This document shows, one piece after another, positions 8,779-17,542 of a DNA stretch of 64,000 bases (positions within the stretch are counted from its first letter, which is position 1; each line of letters opens with the position of its first letter). The stretch is from Candidatus Corynebacterium faecipullorum. Its GTDB lineage: Bacteria > Actinomycetota > Actinomycetes > Mycobacteriales > Mycobacteriaceae. The notes below the pieces were generated by a model, which was given only the letters and a program-made list of their open reading frames with translations, was not told the DNA's origin and ran no database searches. The position numbers and the translations under genes are program-made. The DNA lies in contig DXEO01000114.1 in NCBI GenBank assembly GCA_019114925.1, forward strand, positions 192-64,191, given 5' to 3'.

Positions 8779-10452
8779 ATGCAGACCACCATTGGTGATT
8801 TCATCCTGGACCGCCTCAAGGCCATCGGCATTACTGAAATCATCGGCGTACCCGGCGACTTCAACCTGAGCTTCCTCGAGCAGATCGAGGCCTCCGAGGG
8901 CATCCGCTTCGTCGGCGCCTGCAACGAGCTCAACGCCGCCTATGCCGCCGATGGCTATGCCCGCCAGAAGGGCGTTGGCTGCCTGCTCACCACCTATGGC
9001 GTGGGCGAGCTTTCTGCACTCAACGGCATCGCGGGTGCACGTGCCGAGCACGTCCCGCTGGTGTCGCTGGCGGGCGCGCCGCCGCAGTATGCCACGGAGT
9101 TCCGCTGGAACCTGCACCACTCGCTTGCCGACGGCGACTACGCCAACATGCTCGACGCCATCGCCCCCTTCACCGAGGTGTCCACCCGTGTCTCCCCGAT
9201 GAACGTGGTGGAGGAATTCGACCGCGCCCTGCACACCTGCCTGCGCGAAAAACGCCCGGTCCACATCCAGATTCCTTCCGATATCACTCACCTGACCATC
9301 GAGGTCCCCGACGAGCCTTTCTCCGCCGAGCTCGCCCCCTCCGATCCGGAGCGCCTGCACGCCGCTGCGGACTACGTGCTGGAACACCTCGCGAAGGCCA
9401 AGGACCCGATCATCCTCATCGACCAGGACACCAACCGCCACGGTTTCACGGAGAAGTTCCGCGCCATCATCGACAAGGCCCAGCTGCCCTACTCCCAACT
9501 CTCCTCCGGCAAGGCCATCCTTTCGGAGCGCCACCCGCTCTTCATCGGCACCTATAACGGCGCGGCCTCTGCCCCGGGCGTGCAGGAGCGCATCGAAAAC
9601 TCCGACTTCCTGGTCACCACGAACCCGCGCTTCATCGAGGTCAACTCCGGTTCCTTCACCCACAACCTGGCCGATGCCCACGTCTATAACTTCGGCGACC
9701 AGCACCTCAACGCCGACGGCGAGTTCTTCGTGGGCATTAATACGCTGGAGCTTCTCGACGTCCTCCTCGACCGCATCCCGGAAGCGGAGGCAACCACAAC
9801 CAAGCAATTCGAGCCCGAGCCCTTCGAACCGAACCCGGATGCCCCGCTGACCCAGGAGCGCATCTGGCCGCAGATGCTCGGCTTCATCCAGGAAGATGAC
9901 GTGGTCATCGCCGAGGCTGGCACCTCCAATATCGGCCTGGGCCAGCAGCGCATGCCCGAGGGCGTGCAGTACATTAACTCCACCATCTGGGGTTCCATCG
10001 GCTTTACCCTGCCCTGCGTGCTTGGCTCACAGCTGGCCAACCCAGAGCGCCGCCACGTCCTCTTCATCGGCGATGGCTCCTTCCAGCTCACCGCCCAGGA
10101 GCTCTCCACCATCCTGCGCCAGGACCTCAAGCCCATCATCGTGTTGGTGAACAACGATGGCTACACCATCGAGCGCTACATCCTGGGCATGGAGCGCGAA
10201 TACAACGAGATCCAGATGTGGGACTACACGGCCCTGCCTAAGGCCTTCATGAAGGACACCACGATGGAGTCCTACGTGGCCTCGACTGAAGGCGAATTGG
10301 CCAAGGCCTTGGAAGACATCGCCGCCCACCCGGAGCGCGGCGCCTTCCTCGAGGTGCGCCTTGATGCTTTCGACGCGCCGAAGGGCCTTCAGGCCTTCGG
10401 GCCGCAGACCGCTGACTTCGACTTCGGCCCTCGCGGCCCCCGCAACGCCTAA
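8779..10452 (+). CDS. ThDP-dependent 2-oxoacid decarboxylase (indolepyruvate/phenylpyruvate decarboxylase family)
   Basis: GVPGDFNL, CNELNAAYAADGYAR, LHHSL, and ThDP motif GDGSFQ...NNDGYTIER. GAAAGGA RBS. Confidence 0.93.
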   Translation: MQTTIGDFILDRLKAIGITEIIGVPGDFNLSFLEQIEASEGIRFVGACNELNAAYAADGYARQKGVGCLLTTYGVGELSALNGIAGARAEHVPLVSLAGAPPQYATEFRWNLHHSLADGDYANMLDAIAPFTEVSTRVSPMNVVEEFDRALHTCLREKRPVHIQIPSDITHLTIEVPDEPFSAELAPSDPERLHAAADYVLEHLAKAKDPIILIDQDTNRHGFTEKFRAIIDKAQLPYSQLSSGKAILSERHPLFIGTYNGAASAPGVQERIENSDFLVTTNPRFIEVNSGSFTHNLADAHVYNFGDQHLNADGEFFVGINTLELLDVLLDRIPEAEATTTKQFEPEPFEPNPDAPLTQERIWPQMLGFIQEDDVVIAEAGTSNIGLGQQRMPEGVQYINSTIWGSIGFTLPCVLGSQLANPERRHVLFIGDGSFQLTAQELSTILRQDLKPIIVLVNNDGYTIERYILGMEREYNEIQMWDYTALPKAFMKDTTMESYVASTEGELAKALEDIAAHPERGAFLEVRLDAFDAPKGLQAFGPQTADFDFGPRGPRNA

Positions 10453-10462
10453 GGTAGAGACC

Positions 10463-11521
10463 ATGATTCGACCAGACCTTTCCTCCCTGCCCGCCTACGT
10501 TCCCGGAAAGAACGCCGAGCACGCCTTGAAGCTCTCCTCCAATGAGGCAACTCAGGAGCCGCTGCCCGGCGCGCTGAAGGCCATGGAAACTGCCGTCGCG
10601 CACGTCAACCGCTACCCGGACATGGGTGCGGTGGAAATCCGCAAGGCACTCGCCGAAAACCTTGGCGTCACCCCGGAGCAGGTCACCTGCGGCGCAGGTT
10701 CCTCCGCGATTTGCCAGCAGCTGGTGCAGATCACCTCGGTGCCCGGTGATGAGATTGTCTTCCCGTGGCGCTCCTTCGAGGCTTATCCCATCTTCGCGCA
10801 GGTCGTGGGCGCTACCCCGGTCAAGGTTCCGCTCACTGCGGATCACCGCGTGGACTTGGAGGCCATGGCGGCTGCCATCACGGACAAGACCCGCCTGATC
10901 TTCGTGTGCAACCCGAATAACCCCACCGGCTCCATCATCACCAAGGAGGAGTTCGACGCCTTCTTGGCCAAGGTTCCAAAGAACGTCATCGTTGCGCTCG
11001 ATGAGGCCTACATCGAATACAACCGCAACGACGCCGTCCCGCTGGCCACCGACTATGTCCACACCCACGACAACGTCATTGGCCTGCGCACTTTCTCCAA
11101 GGCCTATGGCCTGGCCGGCATCCGCTTGGGCTATGCCTTCGGCAACGCCGAGATCATCGAGGCCTTAAGCAAGGTGGCCATCCCGTTCTCCGTGAACTCA
11201 GTAGCGCAGGCGGGTGCGGTGGCCTCGCTGTCCGCCCAGAAGGAGCTGCGCGAGCGCACCGACGAGACCGTGGAGCAGCGCGACCGCCTGGTCAAGCACT
11301 TCGCCGACTTTGGCGTGCCGGAATCCCAGGCCAACCACATCTGGTTCGCCGCAGACTCCATTGCGAAGCTGGGCTCCCCGCAGGACGTCGCTGCAAAGCT
11401 CGCCGAGAAGGACGTCCTCGTCCGCGCCTTCCCTGAGGGCGTGCGCATTTCCGTCACCACGGCGGAGGAAACCGAAATCCTGCTTAAGGCCTGGGACGCT
11501 GCCTTCGGTGCAGAGGGCTAG
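10463..11521 (+). CDS. pat: HisC-like aromatic amino-acid aminotransferase (Pat)
   Basis: KLSSNE, CNPNNPTG, DEAY, RTFSKAYGLAGIRLG (PLP lysine), PWRSFEAYP. Position near tRNA-Ser as for mycobacterial Rv3772. Confidence 0.85.
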   Translation: MIRPDLSSLPAYVPGKNAEHALKLSSNEATQEPLPGALKAMETAVAHVNRYPDMGAVEIRKALAENLGVTPEQVTCGAGSSAICQQLVQITSVPGDEIVFPWRSFEAYPIFAQVVGATPVKVPLTADHRVDLEAMAAAITDKTRLIFVCNPNNPTGSIITKEEFDAFLAKVPKNVIVALDEAYIEYNRNDAVPLATDYVHTHDNVIGLRTFSKAYGLAGIRLGYAFGNAEIIEALSKVAIPFSVNSVAQAGAVASLSAQKELRERTDETVEQRDRLVKHFADFGVPESQANHIWFAADSIAKLGSPQDVAAKLAEKDVLVRAFPEGVRISVTTAEETEILLKAWDAAFGAEG

Positions 11522-11542
11522 TTTCCGCGTTAGAGTGCAGTT

Positions 11543-11914
11543 GTGAAGACATTTATCAATTTTGCACTCAACGTCATTGCCGTCGCGGTGGCCTTCTGGG
11601 CAGTAGTGGCGATTGTCCCCGGAATCAACATCGTCCCTGCTACCACCCAGAATTTCCTGCTCATCGCGGCGGTCTTCATCATCGTCAATGAGGTCGTCAC
11701 CCCGGTTCTTCGCTTCCTCGGCGCACCGCTGACTTGCCTAACACTGGGTCTCTTCGCCCTCGTCATCAACGGCGCGGTCCTGCTCCTCGTCAGCGCACTG
11801 ATGGACTCACTCGTTATCGACGGCTGGGGTGCTGCCATCATCGGCGCAGTTGTGCTCGCGATTGTTTCCGGCGTGGTGAACTTCTTCACCAGTCCGCTAC
11901 GGGTCCGCAATTAA
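11543..11914 (+). CDS. 4-TM phage-holin-like (YvlD) membrane protein
   Basis: PLTCLTLGLFALVING motif, four hydrophobic helices. Confidence 0.85.
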   Translation: MKTFINFALNVIAVAVAFWAVVAIVPGINIVPATTQNFLLIAAVFIIVNEVVTPVLRFLGAPLTCLTLGLFALVINGAVLLLVSALMDSLVIDGWGAAIIGAVVLAIVSGVVNFFTSPLRVRN

Positions 11915-12165
11915 CCGCCAGCAAAAGGCGGGAGGACGTCGACGCGGGAAGCGCGTCCAAGCACTGCGTCCTCGGTAGCGCTTGCACCATCCACCAGGAA
12001 GGTACAGCGCTCCAGCACCTCCGCAAAGCTCATGCCGGCCTCGGTGCTGCCGGTATGCCGAGCACGCAACACGTCCAACAACTCCCCCAGCGTCGCCGCC
12101 TGCGCTGTGTCTTGCGCGCGCCCCGCGGCGGCGCGGGCTGCGGCAAAGTAATGTATGTCAACCAT
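11911..12165 (-). CDS. moaD: MoaD/ThiS sulfur carrier
   Basis: HYFAAARAAAG N-terminus and C-terminal VDVLPPFAGG. Confidence 0.92.
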   Translation of the reverse strand: MVDIHYFAAARAAAGRAQDTAQAATLGELLDVLRARHTGSTEAGMSFAEVLERCTFLVDGASATEDAVLGRASRVDVLPPFAGG

Positions 12166-12205
12166 GGCTGCCACTATGCCAGCCTCTGTGACAGGAAGGA
12201 ATCCG

Positions 12206-13357
12206 ATGCGCACCTATGAGGAACACCTGGCCGCCGTTCGCGCGGCCCTTCCGCAGCCCCGGGCGGTCTCCACTCCCCTAAGCAGCGCCTTCGGACGCCG
12301 TACCGCCGCCACGTACCGCGCGAAACAAGACTTGCCTCCTTTCGACAATTCACAGATGGATGGCTATGCACTACCAACTACAGATGGCGGCACCTTCACC
12401 GTCGGCCGGACCATCGCGGCAGGCGACAGCCCTGGCGACCTCCCCGAAGGCTTTGCGCTGCCCATCATGACCGGCGCGAAAGTCCCTGAGGGCACCGCGA
12501 CCATCGTCCCCGTCGAGCACTGCGAGCCCCCGCACTTCCCGGAAGAGGGCGCCACCGTTACCGTTCCCGCGGCCGCGGAGCAGTTCATCCGCCGCGCCGG
12601 CTCCGATGTCCAGGCCGGCACAACCCTCATCAATGAGCACGCGCTTCTCGACGCCCCCTCCATCGCCACCCTCGCCTCCCAAGGCCTGGCCGAAGTCCTC
12701 ACCTTCGCGCCCGCCCACATCCTCATCTGCACTGGCGGCGCGGAAATCGGTGGCGAGGGCGAGGCCACCATCCCCGATTCCAATGCGCCGATGCTCGCGG
12801 CCTTGGCCGCACAGTATGACATCGAGGTGGCCGGCTTCGTGCGCACGAATGACGATCCCGATACTCTTCGCTCCGACCTCGCCGAAGCGGTCATTACCCA
12901 CCGCCCCGATGTCATCGTTACTTCCGGCGGTATCTCCCACGGAAAGTTCGAGGTCATCCGCCAAATCTTTGAAAAGGACGGCTGGTTCGGCCACGTGGCG
13001 CAGCAGCCCGGTGGCCCGCAAGGCCTGTCACGCTTGGGCGAGGTGCCCGTTGTTTGCTTCCCGGGCAACCCCGTCTCCACGCTGGTGAGCTTCCGCCTTT
13101 ACTTGGCACCCGTCCTTGGCCATGCCACCGCTCCATTTAATGCCTGCCTTACTGAGCCCGCCGAAGGCCTCAACAACCGCGAACAGTTCCGCCGCGGAAC
13201 TATCAGCATCTCCGATGGCACAGCAACAGCTTCCTTCCTCGGCGGCACCAGTTCCCACCTGATGTCCCAGGCCATCGGCGCTAACGCCCTCATCCGTATC
13301 CCGGCTAACACGCAGCTTTCAGCCGGCGACCTCGTGGAGGTGTTCCCGCTCTCATGA
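12206..13357 (+). CDS. moeA: molybdopterin molybdenumtransferase
   Basis: PPFDNSQMDGYA, IMTGA, TSGGISHG, PGNPVS. AGGAAGGA RBS. Confidence 0.93.
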   Translation: MRTYEEHLAAVRAALPQPRAVSTPLSSAFGRRTAATYRAKQDLPPFDNSQMDGYALPTTDGGTFTVGRTIAAGDSPGDLPEGFALPIMTGAKVPEGTATIVPVEHCEPPHFPEEGATVTVPAAAEQFIRRAGSDVQAGTTLINEHALLDAPSIATLASQGLAEVLTFAPAHILICTGGAEIGGEGEATIPDSNAPMLAALAAQYDIEVAGFVRTNDDPDTLRSDLAEAVITHRPDVIVTSGGISHGKFEVIRQIFEKDGWFGHVAQQPGGPQGLSRLGEVPVVCFPGNPVSTLVSFRLYLAPVLGHATAPFNACLTEPAEGLNNREQFRRGTISISDGTATASFLGGTSSHLMSQAIGANALIRIPANTQLSAGDLVEVFPLS

Positions 13358-13824
13358 CCCGCCGCGCACTCGTTATCGTTGCCTCGACCCGCGCCGCCGC
13401 CGGCGAGTACGAGGACCGCTCTGGCCCTATTTTGGTTAACTTCCTGCGTGAGCAGGGCTTCGATACCTCGGAGCCCGTCGTCGTTGCGGACGCTGACATC
13501 GACTCCGCCCTGGCCACTGCCTTCGCCGATGCCCCCTCCGTCATCCTCACCTCCGGCGGCACCGGCATCACGCCGGATGACCGCACCGTCGAGGAGCTCA
13601 CCCCACGCCTCGAGCGCGAGCTGCCAGGATTAGCCCATGCCTTCTATGCGCACTCCACCGGCATCCCCACCGCGGCACTCTCCCGCACGGTTGCTGGCGT
13701 TTCTAACACAACCTTCGCCATGGCCCTGCCCGGCTCCACGGGTGCTGCCAAGGACGGCTGCGCGGTCCTCAAACCAGTTCTTAACCACATCATCAACCAG
13801 CTGGAAGGCATCAATGAGCACTAG
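13354..13824 (+). CDS. mog: MogA/MoaB family molybdopterin adenylyltransferase
   Basis: DRSGP, TSGGTGITPDDRTVE, LPGS. ATGA overlap with moeA. Confidence 0.88.
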   Translation: MTRRALVIVASTRAAAGEYEDRSGPILVNFLREQGFDTSEPVVVADADIDSALATAFADAPSVILTSGGTGITPDDRTVEELTPRLERELPGLAHAFYAHSTGIPTAALSRTVAGVSNTTFAMALPGSTGAAKDGCAVLKPVLNHIINQLEGINEH

Positions 13825-14233
13825 CTTCGGCCTACTCAGCGCACATATCAGCGCTGAACCCATCACGGCCCCGGACATCGCCACCGCGGAAACGGGTGCC
13901 GTCGTTTTATTCGACGGCATCGTGCGCAACCACGACTCCGGCCGCGGTGTCAGGCTCCTCACCTACACCGCGCACCCCTCCGCCCACCAGGAAATTGAGC
14001 GCGTCGCCGGCGAAGTCGCCGCCGCCTTCCCTGCTGTCCGCCTCTGGTGCGCGCACCGGACTGGAGCACTAGAAATCGGCGAGTCCGCCTTCATCGTCGC
14101 CGCTGCCTCCGCGCACCGCAAGGACGCCTTCGAGGCGGCCTCGACCTGCGCCGACCGCGTCAAAGCGGAAGTCCCCATCTGGAAAGAACAGCTGCATACC
14201 GACGACACCACCACCTGGGTAGGACTGGAATGA
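13814..14233 (+). CDS. moaE: molybdopterin synthase catalytic subunit
   Basis: GAVVLFDGIVRNHD, HRTG, SAHRKDAF, VPIWKEQ. Confidence 0.93.
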   Translation: MSTSFGLLSAHISAEPITAPDIATAETGAVVLFDGIVRNHDSGRGVRLLTYTAHPSAHQEIERVAGEVAAAFPAVRLWCAHRTGALEIGESAFIVAAASAHRKDAFEAASTCADRVKAEVPIWKEQLHTDDTTTWVGLE

Positions 14234-15303
14234 GTTCACGCTACGCGCGCCAGGAAGCCCTCTGGGGAACATCCACACAGGAACAGCTTCGCGCTTCCAC
14301 AGTCGCCGTCATCGGCGCCGGCGGATTGGGCTCGCCTGCCCTGCTCTATCTCGCAGGCGCGGGCGTAGGGCGCATCCTGCTTTTCGACGACGACACCGTT
14401 TCCCTCTCCAACCTGCACCGCCAAGTCATCCACACCACGGCGACCGTAGGCCAGCCCAAAACCGAATCCGCCTCTGCGGCTTTGAGTGCCCTCAACCCGG
14501 AGTGCACGGTCGAGCAGTTCTCACGCCTCACACCCGATAACGCCCTCGACCAGCTGCGCGGCGCTGACCTCATCATCGACGGCACCGATAACTTCCACTC
14601 CCGCCACCTAGCCTCCTGGGCCGCCCATGAGCTGGGCATTCCACACGTGTGGGCCTCGCTCCTGGGCTACGACGCGCAGCTCACCGTCTTCCACTCCGGC
14701 CACGGCCCGGTCTACGAGGACCTCTTCCCCACCGACCCGCAGGTGCCCTCCTGCTCCCAGGCCGGCGTGATGGGCCCGGTCGTCGGCGTCGTCGGCTCCG
14801 CCCTAGCCGTCGAGGCCCTCAAGCTCCTCACGGGCATCGGCACACCGCTCATCGGCACGCTGGGCTATTACGATTCCCTCGCCGGGACCTGGGAGTACAT
14901 CCCCGTGCGCGCGAACGGCGCCACCCCGGCGCGCCCCGACAACCCCACGGATATCCGCGACATTCCAGAGGACGCCACGCTTATCGACGTCCGCACCGCC
15001 CCCGAGCGCGCCACCTCCCTCATCCCCGGATCGCAGCACCTCCCACTCGATGAGATCCTCGCCGGCCACAACCCGCCCCTAGACCCCGCCGACCTCGCCG
15101 TCCTTTACTGCGCCAGCGGCCTGCGCTCCGCCCAGGCCGTCGAGGCCCTGCGCGCCCGCGGCTTCAGCAACGTCTACTCGCTGCGCGGCGGCATCGACGC
15201 CTGGCAGGAGCACATCTCCGAGCTCAAGGCCGCTGCCGCCCACCGAGGCGATCTGGAGACCATCTCTCTCGATGACCTAGAGGCCGAGCACAACGACACA
15301 TAG
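14230..15303 (+). CDS. moeB: ThiF/MoeB adenylyltransferase with C-terminal rhodanese domain
   Basis: GAGGLGS, SNLHRQ, DGTDNF, PSCSQAGV, rhodanese YCASGLRS. Confidence 0.92.
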   Translation: MSSRYARQEALWGTSTQEQLRASTVAVIGAGGLGSPALLYLAGAGVGRILLFDDDTVSLSNLHRQVIHTTATVGQPKTESASAALSALNPECTVEQFSRLTPDNALDQLRGADLIIDGTDNFHSRHLASWAAHELGIPHVWASLLGYDAQLTVFHSGHGPVYEDLFPTDPQVPSCSQAGVMGPVVGVVGSALAVEALKLLTGIGTPLIGTLGYYDSLAGTWEYIPVRANGATPARPDNPTDIRDIPEDATLIDVRTAPERATSLIPGSQHLPLDEILAGHNPPLDPADLAVLYCASGLRSAQAVEALRARGFSNVYSLRGGIDAWQEHISELKAAAAHRGDLETISLDDLEAEHNDT

Positions 15304-15346
15304 ACCAAACCATAGCCCGAACCCTTGCTCCATTTCCTCTACCCAC

Positions 15347-15457
15347 ATGGCATCTGATAAACGGCATCAACCAGAAGGCGTTTTCAGAGCTAAAAACGCC
15401 TTTTACCCCGCGCAAATGGCGTTTTTAATCCCAAAGATGCCTTTTGGCAGATGCCAT
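15347..15457. repeat. nested inverted-repeat element (REP/MITE-like)
   Basis: Terminal ATGGCATCTG / CAGATGCCAT, inner GGCATC/GATGCC, internal AAGGCGTTTT / AAAACGCCTT. Confidence 0.7.
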
Positions 15458-15546
15458 CTGCAAAGTGCATCTTATGACTCGAACCATGCACGGGAACGAC
15501 TCCTACAACGCCCCCAACCAGCCACCCCCTTTGTAAGCTCATTGCC

Positions 15547-16278
15547 ATGAGGAACCGCCAGTATTACGTCGCCACCGCTGTGGTGTGTGCTCTCACGCTG
15601 GTGTACATGCTGCTGCGCTGGGACTCGGTGCCCGATCCCATCCCGGTCCACTTCGATGGCTCGGGCACCCCGGACCGCTTCGAGCCAAAGTTTTTCTTCA
15701 ACGCAACGGCCCTGGTGTGGATCGGCGTAGTGTTCGCCATCGCGCTGCCGTTGTGCGTGCCGCCGATCTCGCTGGCGCGAAAGACAGCCCAGGTTCCGGC
15801 GGAATCAACGCTTCCGTTCTCCGAGGCCACCGCACAGCGCGCGGAGCTGCTCACTGAAAAGACCGCCACGTTCATTGCCCAGACAGTGTTCGCCATGACC
15901 GTCTGCTTATGCCTTTCCACCGTCGGTACCGTCATTCCGGACATCCCCTTCTCCGGCGTTCTCCTCGTAGCCGCGTGGATAGCCTTCACCGTGTTCATCA
16001 TGATCCAAGGCGTCCGATTGACGCTGACATCTGCGAAGGCCGTGCAATGCATTCCCACCGACCATGAAGAACAAGTTCGCAACGAAGCGCTTCGCTTTGC
16101 CGGCGGCATGGGCTTCTATAACGAGCCCACAGACCCCATGTGCATAGCTATCTTCCCCATCAATCCTTCGAAGCTGCAGATCAACACCGCCCACGAACCT
16201 GGCCGGCGCTACCTGTGGCGCATGGGCATCGCGCTTAGCGCATCCATAGCATTCTGCGTGCTCATCGCCGTACTCTAG
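15547..16278 (+). CDS. DUF1648 domain membrane protein
   Basis: PDPIPVHFDGSGTPDRF motif and C-terminal FYNEPTDP...INTAH. Confidence 0.85.
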   Translation: MRNRQYYVATAVVCALTLVYMLLRWDSVPDPIPVHFDGSGTPDRFEPKFFFNATALVWIGVVFAIALPLCVPPISLARKTAQVPAESTLPFSEATAQRAELLTEKTATFIAQTVFAMTVCLCLSTVGTVIPDIPFSGVLLVAAWIAFTVFIMIQGVRLTLTSAKAVQCIPTDHEEQVRNEALRFAGGMGFYNEPTDPMCIAIFPINPSKLQINTAHEPGRRYLWRMGIALSASIAFCVLIAVL

Positions 16279-16282
16279 GCAT

Positions 16283-17038
16283 ATGGAGCACCTGTTTGAG
16301 CGCGCACGCTCGATTCTTTCTGATGCCGCCCACGTCGAGGTTTTCACCGGCGCGGGTATGAGTGCGGATAGCGGCATCGCCACGTACCGCGATGCGCAGA
16401 CGGGCATTTGGGAGAATGTGGATCCGGTGGCGATGGCGTCGATAAGCGCATGGCGTACCAAGCCTGAGCCCATGTTCGCCTGGTACCTGTGGCGCGCCCA
16501 GCTGGCGCAGCGGGCCGAGCCCAATGCCGGGCACCGCGCGATTGCCGCCGCACGCGGTATGACGGTGACCACGCAGAACATCGATAACCTGCACGAGCGC
16601 GCCGGAAGCCAGGACGTGGTTCACCTGCACGGCTCCTTGTTCGCCTTCCGCTGCACCGACTGCGATACGCCGTATGACGAGGACATTGCACTGCCGAACG
16701 AACCAGTTGAGAGCATCACTCCACCCGAATGCCCCGTGTGCGGCGGGCTCGTGCGCCCGGGCGTGGTGTGGTTCGGCGAGGCCCTGCCCAACAACGAATG
16801 GACCGAGGCTGAGCGCCGCATGTCCACCGCGGACGCGCTGCTCATCGTGGGTACCTCCGGCGTGGTCTACCCCGCCGCCGGCCTGCCGCAGATTGCCCAC
16901 GCACGCGGCATCCCCATCGTGGAAGTCACCCCGCAGCCCACGGACCTCTCGCCGCTTGCCAGCGTGGTGGTCACCGCCACCGCAGCGGAGGCGCTACCTC
17001 GCATCCTGGCGAGGCGGATCAATGACATTGATAAGTAG
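16283..17038 (+). CDS. cobB: NAD-dependent protein deacylase (sirtuin, class III-like)
   Basis: GAGMSADSG, TQNIDNLHERAG, HG, CxxC..CxxC, RPGVVWFGE, YxxR (YLWR). Confidence 0.92.
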   Translation: MEHLFERARSILSDAAHVEVFTGAGMSADSGIATYRDAQTGIWENVDPVAMASISAWRTKPEPMFAWYLWRAQLAQRAEPNAGHRAIAAARGMTVTTQNIDNLHERAGSQDVVHLHGSLFAFRCTDCDTPYDEDIALPNEPVESITPPECPVCGGLVRPGVVWFGEALPNNEWTEAERRMSTADALLIVGTSGVVYPAAGLPQIAHARGIPIVEVTPQPTDLSPLASVVVTATAAEALPRILARRINDIDK

Positions 17039-17074
17039 AACACCCATTATTCCCCTTCCAGAGGAGATGAACCC

Positions 17075-17359
17075 ATGCTCTACCTTGTTCCAGGAGCCTT
17101 AGCGGGAATCGTCTTTTATGTCATTCTCGCAGCAGTGAGCTGGGCTATCGGGAAAATTTGGCCGCAATGTCGCCTTGGCGCGCATAGCCGGTTGACCATC
17201 CACTGCCTTGTCGCGATTGCATTTTCCATTTTTCTCGTTGTTGCTGGCGGCGGCGGAAACTGGGCCACCCACCTGCAGATCAGCGGCTTCCTACTAGCAG
17301 GGTGCGTTCTGAGCTTCGTTCCAGCCGCTCAGGATAAGAAGCAAAGCCGCTACCAATGA
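17075..17359 (+). CDS. hypothetical small membrane protein
   Basis: 94-aa ORF, three hydrophobic segments, GAGGAG RBS nearby. Confidence 0.65.
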   Translation: MLYLVPGALAGIVFYVILAAVSWAIGKIWPQCRLGAHSRLTIHCLVAIAFSIFLVVAGGGGNWATHLQISGFLLAGCVLSFVPAAQDKKQSRYQ

Positions 17360-17372
17360 CCCCCAAAACAAT

Positions 17373-17460
17373 TGGCGGAGGCGGCGGGATTTGAACCCGC
17401 GGTGAGTTTCCCCACGCTGGTTTTCAAGACCAGTGCATTCGGCCGCTCTGCCACGCCTCC
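17373..17460 (-). tRNA. tRNA-Ser(TGA)
   Basis: Reverse complement GGAGGCG...CT-TGA-AA...GGTTCAAATCC...CGCCTCCGCCA. Long variable arm, encoded CCA. Confidence 0.97.
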
Positions 17461-17542
17461 TCGTCACGCGTCAGCATGCACCGCGCGCAACACGTTCAGA
17501 GTACTAGACTCCGCCGCGGGAGAAGAATTCGGCTCGACAGTG

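Noticed and set aside
11543-11914. Holin-like gene as evidence of a prophage
   Set aside because: No lysin, integrase or structural genes nearby; this family is commonly chromosomal
16283-17038. Sirtuin as an anti-phage SIR2 effector
   Set aside because: Canonical zinc-binding CobB-type deacylase with no defence partner genes
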